The notes beneath the pieces were generated by a model, which saw only the letters and a program-made list of their open reading frames with translations, was not told the DNA's origin and ran no database searches. From Candidatus Babelota bacterium (GTDB lineage Bacteria; Babelota; Babeliae; Babelales; CAIQNR01): a stretch of DNA of 64,000 nucleotides. This document shows positions 40,829 to 50,679 of the stretch, piece after piece. Numbering within the stretch: position 1 is the stretch's first letter; each line of letters opens with the position of its first letter. The DNA is taken from assembly GCA_965658655.1 (NCBI GenBank), contig CBFHTA010000001.1, positions 424,722-488,721 of the forward strand. Reading direction: 5' to 3'. The translations under genes were made by a program, and so were the position numbers.

Positions 40829-41497
40829 TTATAATGTTTCTTCTTCAATACAATTATCTAAAAAACCATCTGCTAAACAATGAGAAACATCTGTATCTTT
40901 AGGAAGACTCAATAATGTGCGTATTGCGTCTTCAGTATCTTTCACATGATACTTTGCTGTTAGATGTGTTTTCGCCGAGCTTTTTTGATTATAGCGTTGT
41001 GAGCATATTTTGCATTTAAAGGGTTTTTCGTTGGTATGTATAAACTGATGTCTTTTGAGTTTGTACGGAGTAGTCCAACGTTTTAAACGTCCTGCTTCTG
41101 TCGGGCATAAATTACAACAAAGTATTGGTTTTGAATTGTCTGTAAAAATGGGTTTTTGTGCTTTGGCACTTGAGCCAGATTGTTTTTGTGCCATTTTAAC
41201 AGTTGGTAGAAGATGAGTTCCTCTTTTTGATTTAGCGACTGCAGCTGCCATAATTATGGCATCCCTCTTCATGCTTGCATTGTTTTTTTGCACGGATGGT
41301 GGTGGAACAGGCGGAAGAGTTAGGGAATCACCCGAAGTGGATAGAGTAGCAGCTTTTATAGGAACAGCTAGGACGGTTTGAGAAATGTTTTCTTGAGTTG
41401 CTTTATGGGGATTGTTAAGATCAACAGCTGAATTAAAACTAAAAAGTGGAATTGCTAAAATTAATAAAGGGCTTATTAAGAGCGTTTGTTTATTCAT
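40829..41497 (-). CDS. Putative secreted C2H2 zinc-finger protein (2 fingers)
   Basis: Signal peptide; CNLC...LKRHQFIH-TNEKPF-KCKIC..RYNQKSSAKTHLTAKYH. Confidence 0.82.
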   Translation of the reverse strand: MNKQTLLISPLLILAIPLFSFNSAVDLNNPHKATQENISQTVLAVPIKAATLSTSGDSLTLPPVPPPSVQKNNASMKRDAIIMAAAVAKSKRGTHLLPTVKMAQKQSGSSAKAQKPIFTDNSKPILCCNLCPTEAGRLKRWTTPYKLKRHQFIHTNEKPFKCKICSQRYNQKSSAKTHLTAKYHVKDTEDAIRTLLSLPKDTDVSHCLADGFLDNCIEEETL

Positions 41498-41587
41498 AAA
41501 TATTCCGTAGTAGTTGTGGTAAAAAAGAATTTTAGTTTGATTGCATAATGTACTAGAGTCAAGAAAATTTAATAAAAAGGGTGTTTT

Positions 41588-42283
41588 ATGAAGAGAGTAG
41601 TTGTACTGTCGTTGCTTGTTAACACATTTGCATATGGGTTCACTTCAGAGCCATTATCGGACACGCTTAAAAAAGAATTGGTTCAACGCAATGTTTGGAG
41701 TAGAGAATGTCCTGTTTCTATGGAGAGACTTAGGTTGTTGACTATGGCCTACATAGATTTTGATGGAAAAGAACACACTGATGGCAAAATGATTGTACTT
41801 GACGCTGTGGCAGATGATGTACTTGCTGTGTTTAAAAAACTGTATGAAATTAAATTTCCTATTGCTCGGATGGAGCTTATTACTCAATATAATGGTGATG
41901 ACGACCTTTCACTTGCAGCTAATAATACGAGTGCCTTTTGTTATCGATCCATCACCGGCGGAGGGCCTGTTTCGCTTCATGGTCTTGGAGTGGCAATAGA
42001 TATTAATCCCATTCAGAATCCTTACCTTGGGTTTGGAGGAGGCTTTAAAGGGACTGTATATTCGGGGAAAGTTTTAGTTTTGCCTTCCAAGGGGGCTGAC
42101 TATTTAAACCGAGCTCATGACCGTGTGGGTATGGCAGAACAAGTGGTCTCTATCTTTAAAGAACATGGTTTTACTGACTGGGGAGGCGATTGGGGAGATG
42201 GTGATCAAGGGGGCAGAATAGACTACCAGCACTTTGCTGTACCCAGAGAAAAGGCGGAGAATCTCGTAAAAATTGACAAATAA
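41588..42283 (+). CDS. M15-family peptidoglycan peptidase
   Basis: Signal peptide, NNTSAFCYR, SLHGLGVAIDINP, WGGDW, DYQHF. Confidence 0.9.
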   Translation: MKRVVVLSLLVNTFAYGFTSEPLSDTLKKELVQRNVWSRECPVSMERLRLLTMAYIDFDGKEHTDGKMIVLDAVADDVLAVFKKLYEIKFPIARMELITQYNGDDDLSLAANNTSAFCYRSITGGGPVSLHGLGVAIDINPIQNPYLGFGGGFKGTVYSGKVLVLPSKGADYLNRAHDRVGMAEQVVSIFKEHGFTDWGGDWGDGDQGGRIDYQHFAVPREKAENLVKIDK

Positions 42284-42300
42284 GGCCCCTCTGGTAAGCT
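42273..42300 (+). promoter_or_regulatory. Sigma70-like promoter of rpsI
   Basis: TTGACA-N16-TAAGCT with extended -10 TG. Confidence 0.6.
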
Positions 42301-42354
42301 AGATAAACGTAAAAATCAAACTATTCAAGCTTATTTGTAAGGTAGTAAAAGTCT

Positions 42355-42948
42355 ATGGTCAAGACAAAAACAGCAGAAAAAAAACCTGCTGCAAAAAAAA
42401 CGACAGTTTCAAAAACTGTTGCTCCTAAAAAAGCGGCTCCTAAAAAAACAGCTGAACCTAAGAAGGTAGAAGCTAAAAAAGTTTCTCCGGATAAGCCAGA
42501 GACAAAGGCTGCTTCAACAGCGGATAAAGTAGTAGCAACTCCTCGTAAAAAGGGTGCTATGGGAGCTGTAATTGGTGCGGTTGGTCGTCGTAAAGCTGCG
42601 GTTGCTCGTGTATGGGTTCGTCGCGGGAAAGGCGGAGTAGCGATTAATAATCAACGTTGCGCTGACTATTTTAACACAGATGAAACTCGTACTGCTGCAG
42701 TAAAAGGTCTTGTATCTTGCGATGTAGTAAACAAATACGACGTTATTGCAAACGTACAAGGTGGTGGAAAGGTTGCTCAATCTGAAGCAGTTAACCTTGG
42801 TATTGCTCGTGCGCTTGTAAAAGAAAGCGAATCTTACAAGGCAACGTTAAGAGCAAACGGCTCTTTAACAGTTGACTCTCGTAATAAAGAGCGTAAAAAG
42901 CCTGGTCAAAAAGGTGCTCGTGCGAAGTTCCAATTTGTAAAACGTTAA
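42355..42948 (+). CDS. rpsI: 30S ribosomal protein S9 with Lys/Ala/Pro-rich N-terminal extension
   Basis: GRRKAAVARV, GGG..AQ..A..LGIARAL, ERKKPGQKGARAKFQFVKR. Confidence 0.95.
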   Translation: MVKTKTAEKKPAAKKTTVSKTVAPKKAAPKKTAEPKKVEAKKVSPDKPETKAASTADKVVATPRKKGAMGAVIGAVGRRKAAVARVWVRRGKGGVAINNQRCADYFNTDETRTAAVKGLVSCDVVNKYDVIANVQGGGKVAQSEAVNLGIARALVKESESYKATLRANGSLTVDSRNKERKKPGQKGARAKFQFVKR

Positions 42949-42982
42949 TCGTATATCCAAGTTATCGAAAAAGGGTTTTCGG

Positions 42983-44830
42983 GTGTGTAGTGTTGTTGGC
43001 TATATTGGCAAGCAGCAGAGTCGACAGGTAGTTTTAGATGGTTTGAAACGTCTAGAATATCGTGGATATGATTCAGCTGGATTTGCGTGTCTTGATCAAG
43101 ATAGTTGTCAATTAATGTATGCCAAAGCGCCCGGAGCTCTTTCTAATTTGGTTGATATTTTTAACACCCAACCCATAAATGGATCGGTTGGTATTGGTCA
43201 TACTCGTTGGGCAACTCACGGTGTGGCGAATAAACAAAATGCGCATCCGCATTTTGACTGTCAAAAAACTATCTCTCTTGTTCATAACGGAATCATAGAA
43301 AATCACGTCGAGTTAAAAGCTCAGCTTTCTTCTAGGGGGCATGAATTTCATTCAGACACAGATAGTGAAGTGGTTGCTCATTTGTTAGAGCAAGCTTTCT
43401 TGGAAAAACCTAAATCGGTAGTGGCAGCGGTAGAGTCGGTAGTGTCTCAACTTGCCGGTGCATATGCTTTTGTAGCGGTGCTCAAAGAGCATCCAGATAT
43501 GTTGATTATTGCACGTAAGGGTTCTCCTTTGTGTGTAGGGATCGGTGAAGACGAGATGTTTGTAGCGTCAGATGTATTGGCATTTGCGGGCAGAACGCAA
43601 CGTGTTCTGTTTATGCAAGAGCAAACGTTTGCGCTGGTTTCTCGTAATAATGTTGCTGTTTATGGTTTTGACGGTAAAAAAATTAAACACGAAATTAAAG
43701 AGCTCGATGCGCAATGGCTAGCGGCTGAAAAAGACGGTCACGAGCATTATATGCTTAAAGAGATTTATGAGCAGCGAGAAGTTATTCACAAATCTGTTTG
43801 TTTTTATAAAACTATTAGTAGTGATATTTGGAATCATCTTGGTATTACCAAGTCGTTTGTTAAGAAAATAAAAAAAGTAGTTTTTGTGGCGTGTGGAACA
43901 TCTGCGCATGCAGGGCAAATAGCACAGTATTTTTTTGAAGAAGTCTGTGGATTGCCAACACAGACAGTGCTTGCTTCTGAATTTAGGTATCGATCGTTCT
44001 TCGAAGATAAGAACACACTCTATGTTGCAATTTCTCAATCAGGAGAAACTGCAGACACACTTGAGGCTATTCGCTTTTTAAAGGAACGGAATCAAACAGT
44101 TGTAGCGCTAACTAATGTTGCTTCGAGTACCATGGTTCGTGAGTGTGATGGTTTCTTGTTAACGCAAGCTGGTCCAGAGGTTGCCGTTGCTTCTACTAAG
44201 GCATTTTCAACACAAGTTGTTGCGTTGTATTGGTTGTCTCATCGCATGGCATATGAAAACGGTAACATTACTCAAAAAGCATTTGAGCAAGCGCAAGATG
44301 ATTTATTGATTGCTGCTGAGTCTTTAGAGAACGCTCTTGAGAATGTTAAACATACCATTGTGGAAACGCTAGCTCCTGAATATGCCCCTTATGAAAAATT
44401 TATCTTTTTAGGTAGACACATCAGTTTACCGTTTGCCCAAGAGGCGGCATTAAAGCTTAAAGAGATTGCGTACGTGTTTACGCAAGCGTACCCATCGGGA
44501 GAACTTAAACACGGCCCTTTGGCTCTTATTGATGATCAAACGCCTGTTTGTTTATTCTCTCATCCAGATCCTATTATTTATCAAAAAATGTTAGCTAGTG
44601 CACAAGAAGTTAAAGCGCGTAAGGGTAAAATTATAGCATTTCTTTTTGAGGGCCAAGATGAACTTACTGCGCTTGTTGACCATGCCATTACGTTCCCTCT
44701 TGTTGCAGGGAATCTTTCTATTCTTCCCATGACTGGTGTAATGCAAGTTCTTATGTATTATATTGCACGTATCCGTGGGTGCGAAATAGACAAACCTCGC
44801 AATCTTGCAAAATCTGTTACGGTTGAGTAA
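42983..44830 (+). CDS. glmS: Glutamine-fructose-6-phosphate aminotransferase
   Basis: N-terminal Cys, LEYRGYDSAG, HTRWATHG, SQSGETADT, PRNLAKSVTVE. Confidence 0.98.
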   Translation: MCSVVGYIGKQQSRQVVLDGLKRLEYRGYDSAGFACLDQDSCQLMYAKAPGALSNLVDIFNTQPINGSVGIGHTRWATHGVANKQNAHPHFDCQKTISLVHNGIIENHVELKAQLSSRGHEFHSDTDSEVVAHLLEQAFLEKPKSVVAAVESVVSQLAGAYAFVAVLKEHPDMLIIARKGSPLCVGIGEDEMFVASDVLAFAGRTQRVLFMQEQTFALVSRNNVAVYGFDGKKIKHEIKELDAQWLAAEKDGHEHYMLKEIYEQREVIHKSVCFYKTISSDIWNHLGITKSFVKKIKKVVFVACGTSAHAGQIAQYFFEEVCGLPTQTVLASEFRYRSFFEDKNTLYVAISQSGETADTLEAIRFLKERNQTVVALTNVASSTMVRECDGFLLTQAGPEVAVASTKAFSTQVVALYWLSHRMAYENGNITQKAFEQAQDDLLIAAESLENALENVKHTIVETLAPEYAPYEKFIFLGRHISLPFAQEAALKLKEIAYVFTQAYPSGELKHGPLALIDDQTPVCLFSHPDPIIYQKMLASAQEVKARKGKIIAFLFEGQDELTALVDHAITFPLVAGNLSILPMTGVMQVLMYYIARIRGCEIDKPRNLAKSVTVE

Positions 44831-44866
44831 AAAATATTTTTTATTGTTACTAGTTTTAGGGGTTTT

Positions 44867-46126
44867 ATGAAAAAAACGTATGTTTATATTTTGTTGTCAT
44901 TGTATGCTTCATTTAGTTTTTGTGCTTCTTCTGGAGTAGGTGGAAACATGTCTGAAGATCGTTTGTTCCGTATTCTCTGTTCTGTCAGTACTGATGAGAA
45001 GGCAGTGCAGACATTTCTTAATTCTGGAGTAGATGTGAATTCCAGAGACGGTTATGGCAGAACTTCGTTGTATTACGCGTGTCATAACAAGTGTCAGGGA
45101 ATGAAGGGAATGGTAGGAAAATTGATTGCTCATAATGCAGATGTAAATGTCAAAGAGAATTCTAAAGATACTCCATTGCATTACGCATGTCATAAAGGTC
45201 ATCAGGAAGCGGTATCGGCATTGATTGATAATAATGCAGAGGTAGATGCCCGTAATGCTAAAGAAAATACTCCATTACATTACGCATGTTTTTACGGTCA
45301 TCAGGAAGTGGCACAGCTCTTGATTGATAATAATGCAGAGGTAGATGCCCGTAATGCTAAAAAAGAGACTCCATTATATTATGCATGCATTAAAGGCTGT
45401 CAGGAAGTGGTAGAGGAATTGCTTGCTCATAATGCAGAGGTAAACTCAACGGATGCTTTTGGAGATACTTTATTGCATAAAGCATGTTGTGCAGAATATA
45501 AGACTGCAGTAGAAAGCTTGCTTGCTCACAATGCAGAGATAAATGCAACGGATGCTCTTGGAGAGACTCCATTGCATAAGATATGTTGCAAAGGAAATCT
45601 CGCTGCAATAGCATTCTTGCTTGAGAACAATGCAAATGTCAATGCGAAAGATTGTGGAGGGGAGACTCCATTGCATAAAGCATCTTGTAATAGTGAGAGT
45701 GAAGTAGTAAGGCGCTTGCTTACTCATAATGCAGAGGTAGATGCCCAAGATTCTTCAGGTGAGACTCCATTACATAAAGCATCTTGTAATGGTCAGAGTC
45801 GAGTAGCAAGGCTTTTGCTTACTAACAATGCAGAGGTAGATGCCCGTAATACTGAAAGAGAGACTCCATTACATTACGCATCTTGTAATGGTCAGATTCG
45901 AGTAGCAAGGCTTTTGCTTACTAAAAATGCAAAGGTAGATGCCCGTAATACTCAAAGAGAGACTCCATTGCATAAAGCATGTCGTAATAGTAAGTATAGT
46001 ACGGTAGATCTCTTGGTTCGTAACAATGCAGAGGTAGGTGCACAAGATTCTTCAGGTGAGATTCCATTAGATAAAGTTTCTTCTAAAGGCGATTCTCAAA
46101 TGGAGTTCTTATTAACGCAGAGGTAG
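44867..46126 (+). CDS. Putative secreted ankyrin-repeat protein
   Basis: Signal peptide and about 11 TPLH.AC 33-aa repeats. Confidence 0.93.
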   Translation: MKKTYVYILLSLYASFSFCASSGVGGNMSEDRLFRILCSVSTDEKAVQTFLNSGVDVNSRDGYGRTSLYYACHNKCQGMKGMVGKLIAHNADVNVKENSKDTPLHYACHKGHQEAVSALIDNNAEVDARNAKENTPLHYACFYGHQEVAQLLIDNNAEVDARNAKKETPLYYACIKGCQEVVEELLAHNAEVNSTDAFGDTLLHKACCAEYKTAVESLLAHNAEINATDALGETPLHKICCKGNLAAIAFLLENNANVNAKDCGGETPLHKASCNSESEVVRRLLTHNAEVDAQDSSGETPLHKASCNGQSRVARLLLTNNAEVDARNTERETPLHYASCNGQIRVARLLLTKNAKVDARNTQRETPLHKACRNSKYSTVDLLVRNNAEVGAQDSSGEIPLDKVSSKGDSQMEFLLTQR

Positions 46127-46166
46127 AGGTATAATTGTTTTTTATTGTTATGAGTTTAGGGGTTTT

Positions 46167-47111
46167 ATGAAAAAAATGTATGTTTATATTTTGTTATCAT
46201 TGTGTACTTCATTCATTTTCTGTGCGTCTTCTGAAGTGGTTGGAAATGTATTCGGAGATACACTATTACATCGTTACTGTTATAGTGGTAATAAGGAGTA
46301 CGTAGAATCATTTCTTGCTAACAAACCAGCAGAAGTAAATGTTAAGAATGATAGTGCTCAAACTCCATTACATAGCGTGTGTACTACTCATTATTGTGAT
46401 GTGGCAGCGGTTTTGCTTGATTATAATGCAGAGGTAGATGCGAAAGAACATCTTGGAGATACACCATTGCATAAAGCATCTTTCAGTGGTCATAAGGATA
46501 TGGCACAGCTTTTAATTGATAATAAAGCACAGATAAATATTAAGAATAATCTTGGAGAGGCTCCATTGTATTATGCATCTTGCAGTGGCCATAAGGATAT
46601 CGCAGCCCTCTTGCTTGCTTATAATGCACAGATAAATATTAAGAATAATCTTGGAGATACACCATTGCATAAAGCATCTTGCAGTGGTCATAAGGATATG
46701 GCAGCCCTCTTGCTTGCTTATAATGCACAGATAAATATTAAGAATGATCTTGGAGATACACCATTGCATTATGCATCTTTCAATGGTCATAAAGATATGG
46801 CACAGCTTTTGATTGATAATAACGCAGATAGAGAGGCACAAGATTGTTGTGGAGATACACCATTGCATAAAGTATGTTGTAAAGGCGATCAGGAGATGGC
46901 ACAGCTCTTGATTGATAATAATGCAGAGGTAAATCCGAAAAATAGTCTTAAGGAAACTCCATTGCATAAAGCATATTCTAAAAGTCATGTAATAATGTCA
47001 CAGCTTTTGATTGATAATAACGCAGATAGAGAGGCACAAGATGATTTTGGGAATACTCCATATCAAGCATATTGTAAGGCTCATCATTTAGTAATAGAGC
47101 CTATTGGTTGA
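46167..47111 (+). CDS. Putative secreted ankyrin-repeat protein, paralog of 44867..46126
   Basis: Near-identical leader and signal peptide, about 8 GDTPLH repeats. Confidence 0.93.
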   Translation: MKKMYVYILLSLCTSFIFCASSEVVGNVFGDTLLHRYCYSGNKEYVESFLANKPAEVNVKNDSAQTPLHSVCTTHYCDVAAVLLDYNAEVDAKEHLGDTPLHKASFSGHKDMAQLLIDNKAQINIKNNLGEAPLYYASCSGHKDIAALLLAYNAQINIKNNLGDTPLHKASCSGHKDMAALLLAYNAQINIKNDLGDTPLHYASFNGHKDMAQLLIDNNADREAQDCCGDTPLHKVCCKGDQEMAQLLIDNNAEVNPKNSLKETPLHKAYSKSHVIMSQLLIDNNADREAQDDFGNTPYQAYCKAHHLVIEPIG

Positions 47112-47169
47112 TAACAATGCAGATATAAAGGTATAACTGTTTTTTATTAGTAGGAATACTGAGGGTTGT

Positions 47170-47709
47170 ATGAAAAAATTTTTAGTTTTAGTTTTATTTT
47201 TATTTAGTACCGTGCAAGCGTCTCAAATTCCTGTCAGAGGTGCATATGAATTTCGATCAAAACCAGAACTTATGCCGAGCCCAAAAACATTAACAGAAGC
47301 TGTTCGTTGGGGAACGCTAGAAGAAGTAAAAATGTTTTTGTCCTGTGGGTGGAACCCTAATGCAAGTGACAAAAATGGTAGAACCTCTATGCACTTTGTA
47401 ATTTTTAGACAAGATAATCATGCTATTTTTATTTTACAAGAACTACTTTTTGCAGGAGGGAGTCTAACGGTGCTAGATAAAAATGAAGCGACCCCTGTAC
47501 ATGAAGCTCTTACCTTGGGTAATAAAAAGGCACTTAAAATATTTATAGTTTCTTATGGTTTGGTTTTTGATTCTTTATTAACTAAGAAATATCCGGTTAT
47601 AGATAAAGTTGCTGTTGAATTGGGTTTTCCTCCGTCACAGGCTACGGTACAAGAGTGCTCTGCTTCTGGTTCTTTTTCAAAAACTATAGCACGTCCAAGC
47701 CCTTTTTAA
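47170..47709 (+). CDS. Putative secreted ankyrin-repeat protein (2-3 repeats)
   Basis: Signal peptide, NASDKNGRTSMHF, DKNEATPVHEA. Confidence 0.8.
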   Translation: MKKFLVLVLFLFSTVQASQIPVRGAYEFRSKPELMPSPKTLTEAVRWGTLEEVKMFLSCGWNPNASDKNGRTSMHFVIFRQDNHAIFILQELLFAGGSLTVLDKNEATPVHEALTLGNKKALKIFIVSYGLVFDSLLTKKYPVIDKVAVELGFPPSQATVQECSASGSFSKTIARPSPF

Positions 47710-47794
47710 TTGTGGTCTGATAGATCTTGTTTTTACTCTTTTTATTCGTTTATACTTGGCTCGATTATTAATTCATCTATAAAGGGGGACGGGG

Positions 47795-48496
47795 ATGAAA
47801 AGATTCGTATTTTTATTTTTACTTACCATTTCACTCACTGCTGTAGATCATAAAAAGGTTCCAGACATTTATGTTCACGAAGAGTCGGTAGGGTATGAGC
47901 CAGGAGAAAGAGATAGAATTGCAACGGGAAAGACAGATTGTGCAACAGCAGAGAATTTTGAGCAGCTTATGGAAAACGGGCAATATGATTTATGTCGTGC
48001 CTATTTAGCAGGTAAAAAACCTGCAGAGATCACAGCTTTAAAATTATTTCTTCCGCGTAAACCTGGTAAGGTGTTAACCAAACAAGAGGAAATTGAGGCT
48101 GTTCAAAAAAGATCAAAAAAAATTGATCAAATCATGGGAGAACTTTGGGGGCTTCCTTCTGGAGAAGAAGTTAATCTTGCTGATGATGAAAAAGACTTTC
48201 TAAAAGGTGTTTGCGCAAGATTTCCTTTACATCATAGAGCATTTTTTGGAGATAAAGGAGCCGTTAATTGGTTTTTGAAACATTATCCAGGTTATGACGT
48301 TTCAACTACTACTGTAACAGGTTATACAGCTTCTGATGTTGCTTGTCACGAGGGGTATGTATCACTTGCAAATGAACTTAAGGCGTTAACTAGTAGACCA
48401 AAGAAACAGGGAACTTTTTCAAGGCCTAAAAAACGCTTGCTCTGGATTTTTTTGTTTCTGTTTAATTGTCATCTTTTATATGCAAGTCAGGCATAA
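47795..48496 (+). CDS. Putative secreted protein with degenerate ankyrin repeat
   Basis: Signal peptide, FPLHHRAFFGD...GYTASDVA..EG. Confidence 0.7.
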   Translation: MKRFVFLFLLTISLTAVDHKKVPDIYVHEESVGYEPGERDRIATGKTDCATAENFEQLMENGQYDLCRAYLAGKKPAEITALKLFLPRKPGKVLTKQEEIEAVQKRSKKIDQIMGELWGLPSGEEVNLADDEKDFLKGVCARFPLHHRAFFGDKGAVNWFLKHYPGYDVSTTTVTGYTASDVACHEGYVSLANELKALTSRPKKQGTFSRPKKRLLWIFLFLFNCHLLYASQA

Positions 48497-48521
48497 AAAA
48501 AGGCCACATTTAAGTGGCCTT
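48495..48521. terminator. Terminator hairpin between convergent ORFs
   Basis: aaggccac-tttaa-type loop-gtggcctt with flanking A-tract. Confidence 0.7.
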
Positions 48522-48525
48522 AATC

Positions 48526-48657
48526 TTATCTTCTTATATGATATCTCTGTTCGAGTTTCCTTCGAGGAGGATTCTTTTCGGTAATAATAAAAACAAACAT
48601 AAAAAACAAACTACACATGAATGCGGAGGATAACCACCTCTTGTGTTTTCGCCTCAT
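48526..48657 (-). CDS. Possible 43-aa basic membrane peptide (not in the ORF track)
   Basis: AAGGA RBS, MRRKHKRWLSPAFMCSLFFMFVFIITEK..., upstream TTGACA-N17-CATACT, ends at a terminator. Confidence 0.4.
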   Translation of the reverse strand: MRRKHKRWLSSAFMCSLFFMFVFIITEKNPPRRKLEQRYHIRR

Positions 48658-48738
48658 ATAGTCCTTTAAATAAGGGTTACCAAATATCAGGGGATCAAGT
48701 ATGACGGATTCCCTTTAATATGTCAAAGAGCCTTAGTT

Positions 48739-50193
48739 TTAGGATTTTATCTCTTGCAAATTAAGCTTACGGTCTACCACATAGTTCTCCGTTAGGAACG
48801 CTTTTTGAGCCTGACGGGTGATCATGGTTGGGTGAGCTTTTTTGCCTGCATTGAGCATGTCTATAATACTTACTGTGTTTTGAACCATATAGTCATTGGC
48901 AAGCATTTCTTTACGTTGTTCTTTCCATGGAGTTTTGTCGTCTTTCTTTTTCTTCTTTTCTTTCTTTTCTTCTTTTTCCCCGTGTGGCTTAATTGAGCCC
49001 TTGAGCGCTTTTTCTCTACCATAGGTTTCAGTCATCCATTTATGAGTATCACTTAATGGCAGTCTAGGTTCAATGACAAAATCTGGTGTTACTCCTTTTC
49101 CTTGAATGCATGTATCAAAAGGTAAGTAGTAGAGTGCGGTGGTTAAACGTAGTGCGCATTCATTAGAAAGTGGAATAACTTCTTGTACAGAACCTTTACC
49201 AAAGGTTTGAGTTCCCACTACAAAAACATGCAAATCTTTATCTTTTTCAGAATACACTTTCAGTGTTCCTGCCATAATTTCAGCAGCAGAAGCGGTGTAG
49301 TTATTTACAATAAAGAAGATTGGCATACCTTTTGCAATTGGTAGTGGATCGCGTGTTGTTTTCCAGCTTTCAGTTACTTTGTGTTCACGGTTTTTGGTAA
49401 CAGCAACTAATGTATCTTTTGGTAAGAACAGGCCAGCAATATCAAGTGCAGATTCAAAAAGTCCACCAGTGTTATTACGAAGATCAATAATAATGCCTTT
49501 ACACTTTTTCTCATGGGCTTTTTTTAGAGTGTCTGCTACATGTTGTGCTGATTTTTCGCTAAAGATAGAAAGCAATAAGTAATATACATTTTGATCTGGT
49601 AGATAGAACGAGAGTGAGATTTCATCTTTAATAATGTCTCGTTTTACTTTGAAGTCCATAGGTTCTGGGTATTTGTCTCGCATTACTTTTAGGTTTACGG
49701 TTGAATGACGTTCACCTTTAAGTTTATTCATAATCTGGTCAATTTTCATGCCTTTAATAACATCATCATTAATTTGCATAAGTTTGTCGCCTGCACGAAT
49801 ACCAGCTTTGTCAGATGGTCCTCCAGGCACAATTTCTATGAATGGTAAGAATTCATCATCTTCATCTTTTAAATCTCCTGGAAGAACAACTCCAATACCA
49901 GAAAATTCACCAGACATTTTTTGTTGAAGATTTTTCATATCGTCTGGTCCGAGTACACTAGAGTGAGGATCACGTTTGGCAAAGCTATTAAAGCTATCTA
50001 TGAATGCTTTTTGTACTTCTTTGGCGGTTAAATTTTTATAATATTTGTGATAAATCAGATTTACAACTTCGCTCAGAGTTTGAGACATTTTGATAATTTC
50101 TTGCTCTGCAGGCTGTAGGGTTGACTTGATAATCATGTTTGCTACTAGAGGTTGTATGCAGATGAGGGTGGCGAGTAAAAAAATCTTTTTCAT
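48739..50193 (-). CDS. ctpA: S41 carboxyl-terminal processing protease with PDZ domain
   Basis: DPHS, GIGV, IDLRNNTGG, TASAAEI, TFGKGSVQ. Confidence 0.92.
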   Translation of the reverse strand: MKKIFLLATLICIQPLVANMIIKSTLQPAEQEIIKMSQTLSEVVNLIYHKYYKNLTAKEVQKAFIDSFNSFAKRDPHSSVLGPDDMKNLQQKMSGEFSGIGVVLPGDLKDEDDEFLPFIEIVPGGPSDKAGIRAGDKLMQINDDVIKGMKIDQIMNKLKGERHSTVNLKVMRDKYPEPMDFKVKRDIIKDEISLSFYLPDQNVYYLLLSIFSEKSAQHVADTLKKAHEKKCKGIIIDLRNNTGGLFESALDIAGLFLPKDTLVAVTKNREHKVTESWKTTRDPLPIAKGMPIFFIVNNYTASAAEIMAGTLKVYSEKDKDLHVFVVGTQTFGKGSVQEVIPLSNECALRLTTALYYLPFDTCIQGKGVTPDFVIEPRLPLSDTHKWMTETYGREKALKGSIKPHGEKEEKKEKKKKKDDKTPWKEQRKEMLANDYMVQNTVSIIDMLNAGKKAHPTMITRQAQKAFLTENYVVDRKLNLQEIKS

Positions 50194-50290
50194 GGTTAGT
50201 CCTTTTAATTAGTTCGTGACTCTTCATATCTCTTTACCGTACACTGATCCTAAAAGCGGTGTGAAGACCTTGAAGAAAGGAGAGTCGAAA

Positions 50291-50569
50291 ATGGTCATTA
50301 CTAAACGGCATATGTTACGTATATTTTTCATGTTCGAAATTGTTATTTTTGCTTCGATCTATTTTTTTAGTGCTCAGGGGTTACGTGTTCTGCAGGGCAT
50401 GCAGAAAGAAAATGAGCATGTGTACCAAGAAATAACGTACCTTAAAAGTGAAATTGCCGTTTTAGAAGAAGAAGTTATCGAATGGGAAAACAATTCTTTC
50501 TATAAAGAAAAAATTGCACGTGAAGATTTGCAGATGGCCAAAAAGGGTGATGAGGTTTATTTCTTATAA
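50291..50569 (+). CDS. ftsB: Septum formation initiator (FtsB/DivIC-like; start likely ATG 50291)
   Basis: TM, coiled coil, EKIAREDLQMAKKGDEVY. Confidence 0.75.
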   Translation: MVITKRHMLRIFFMFEIVIFASIYFFSAQGLRVLQGMQKENEHVYQEITYLKSEIAVLEEEVIEWENNSFYKEKIAREDLQMAKKGDEVYFL

Positions 50570-50679
50570 TTTGTTTTTTGTATTTCTCTGAGTACTGTAT
50601 GGGTAGTGCATAAATTTGTGCGATAATAACAATTACGTTAACCTACCAAATTAAAACCATTTACTAAGAGAAAGAAAAA

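Noticed and set aside
44909..46988. Periodic repeats as a CRISPR array; Cys/Ile-rich minus-strand ORFs
   Set aside because: The 99-bp period is in-frame ankyrin coding sequence with no spacers or cas genes; the minus ORFs are shadows
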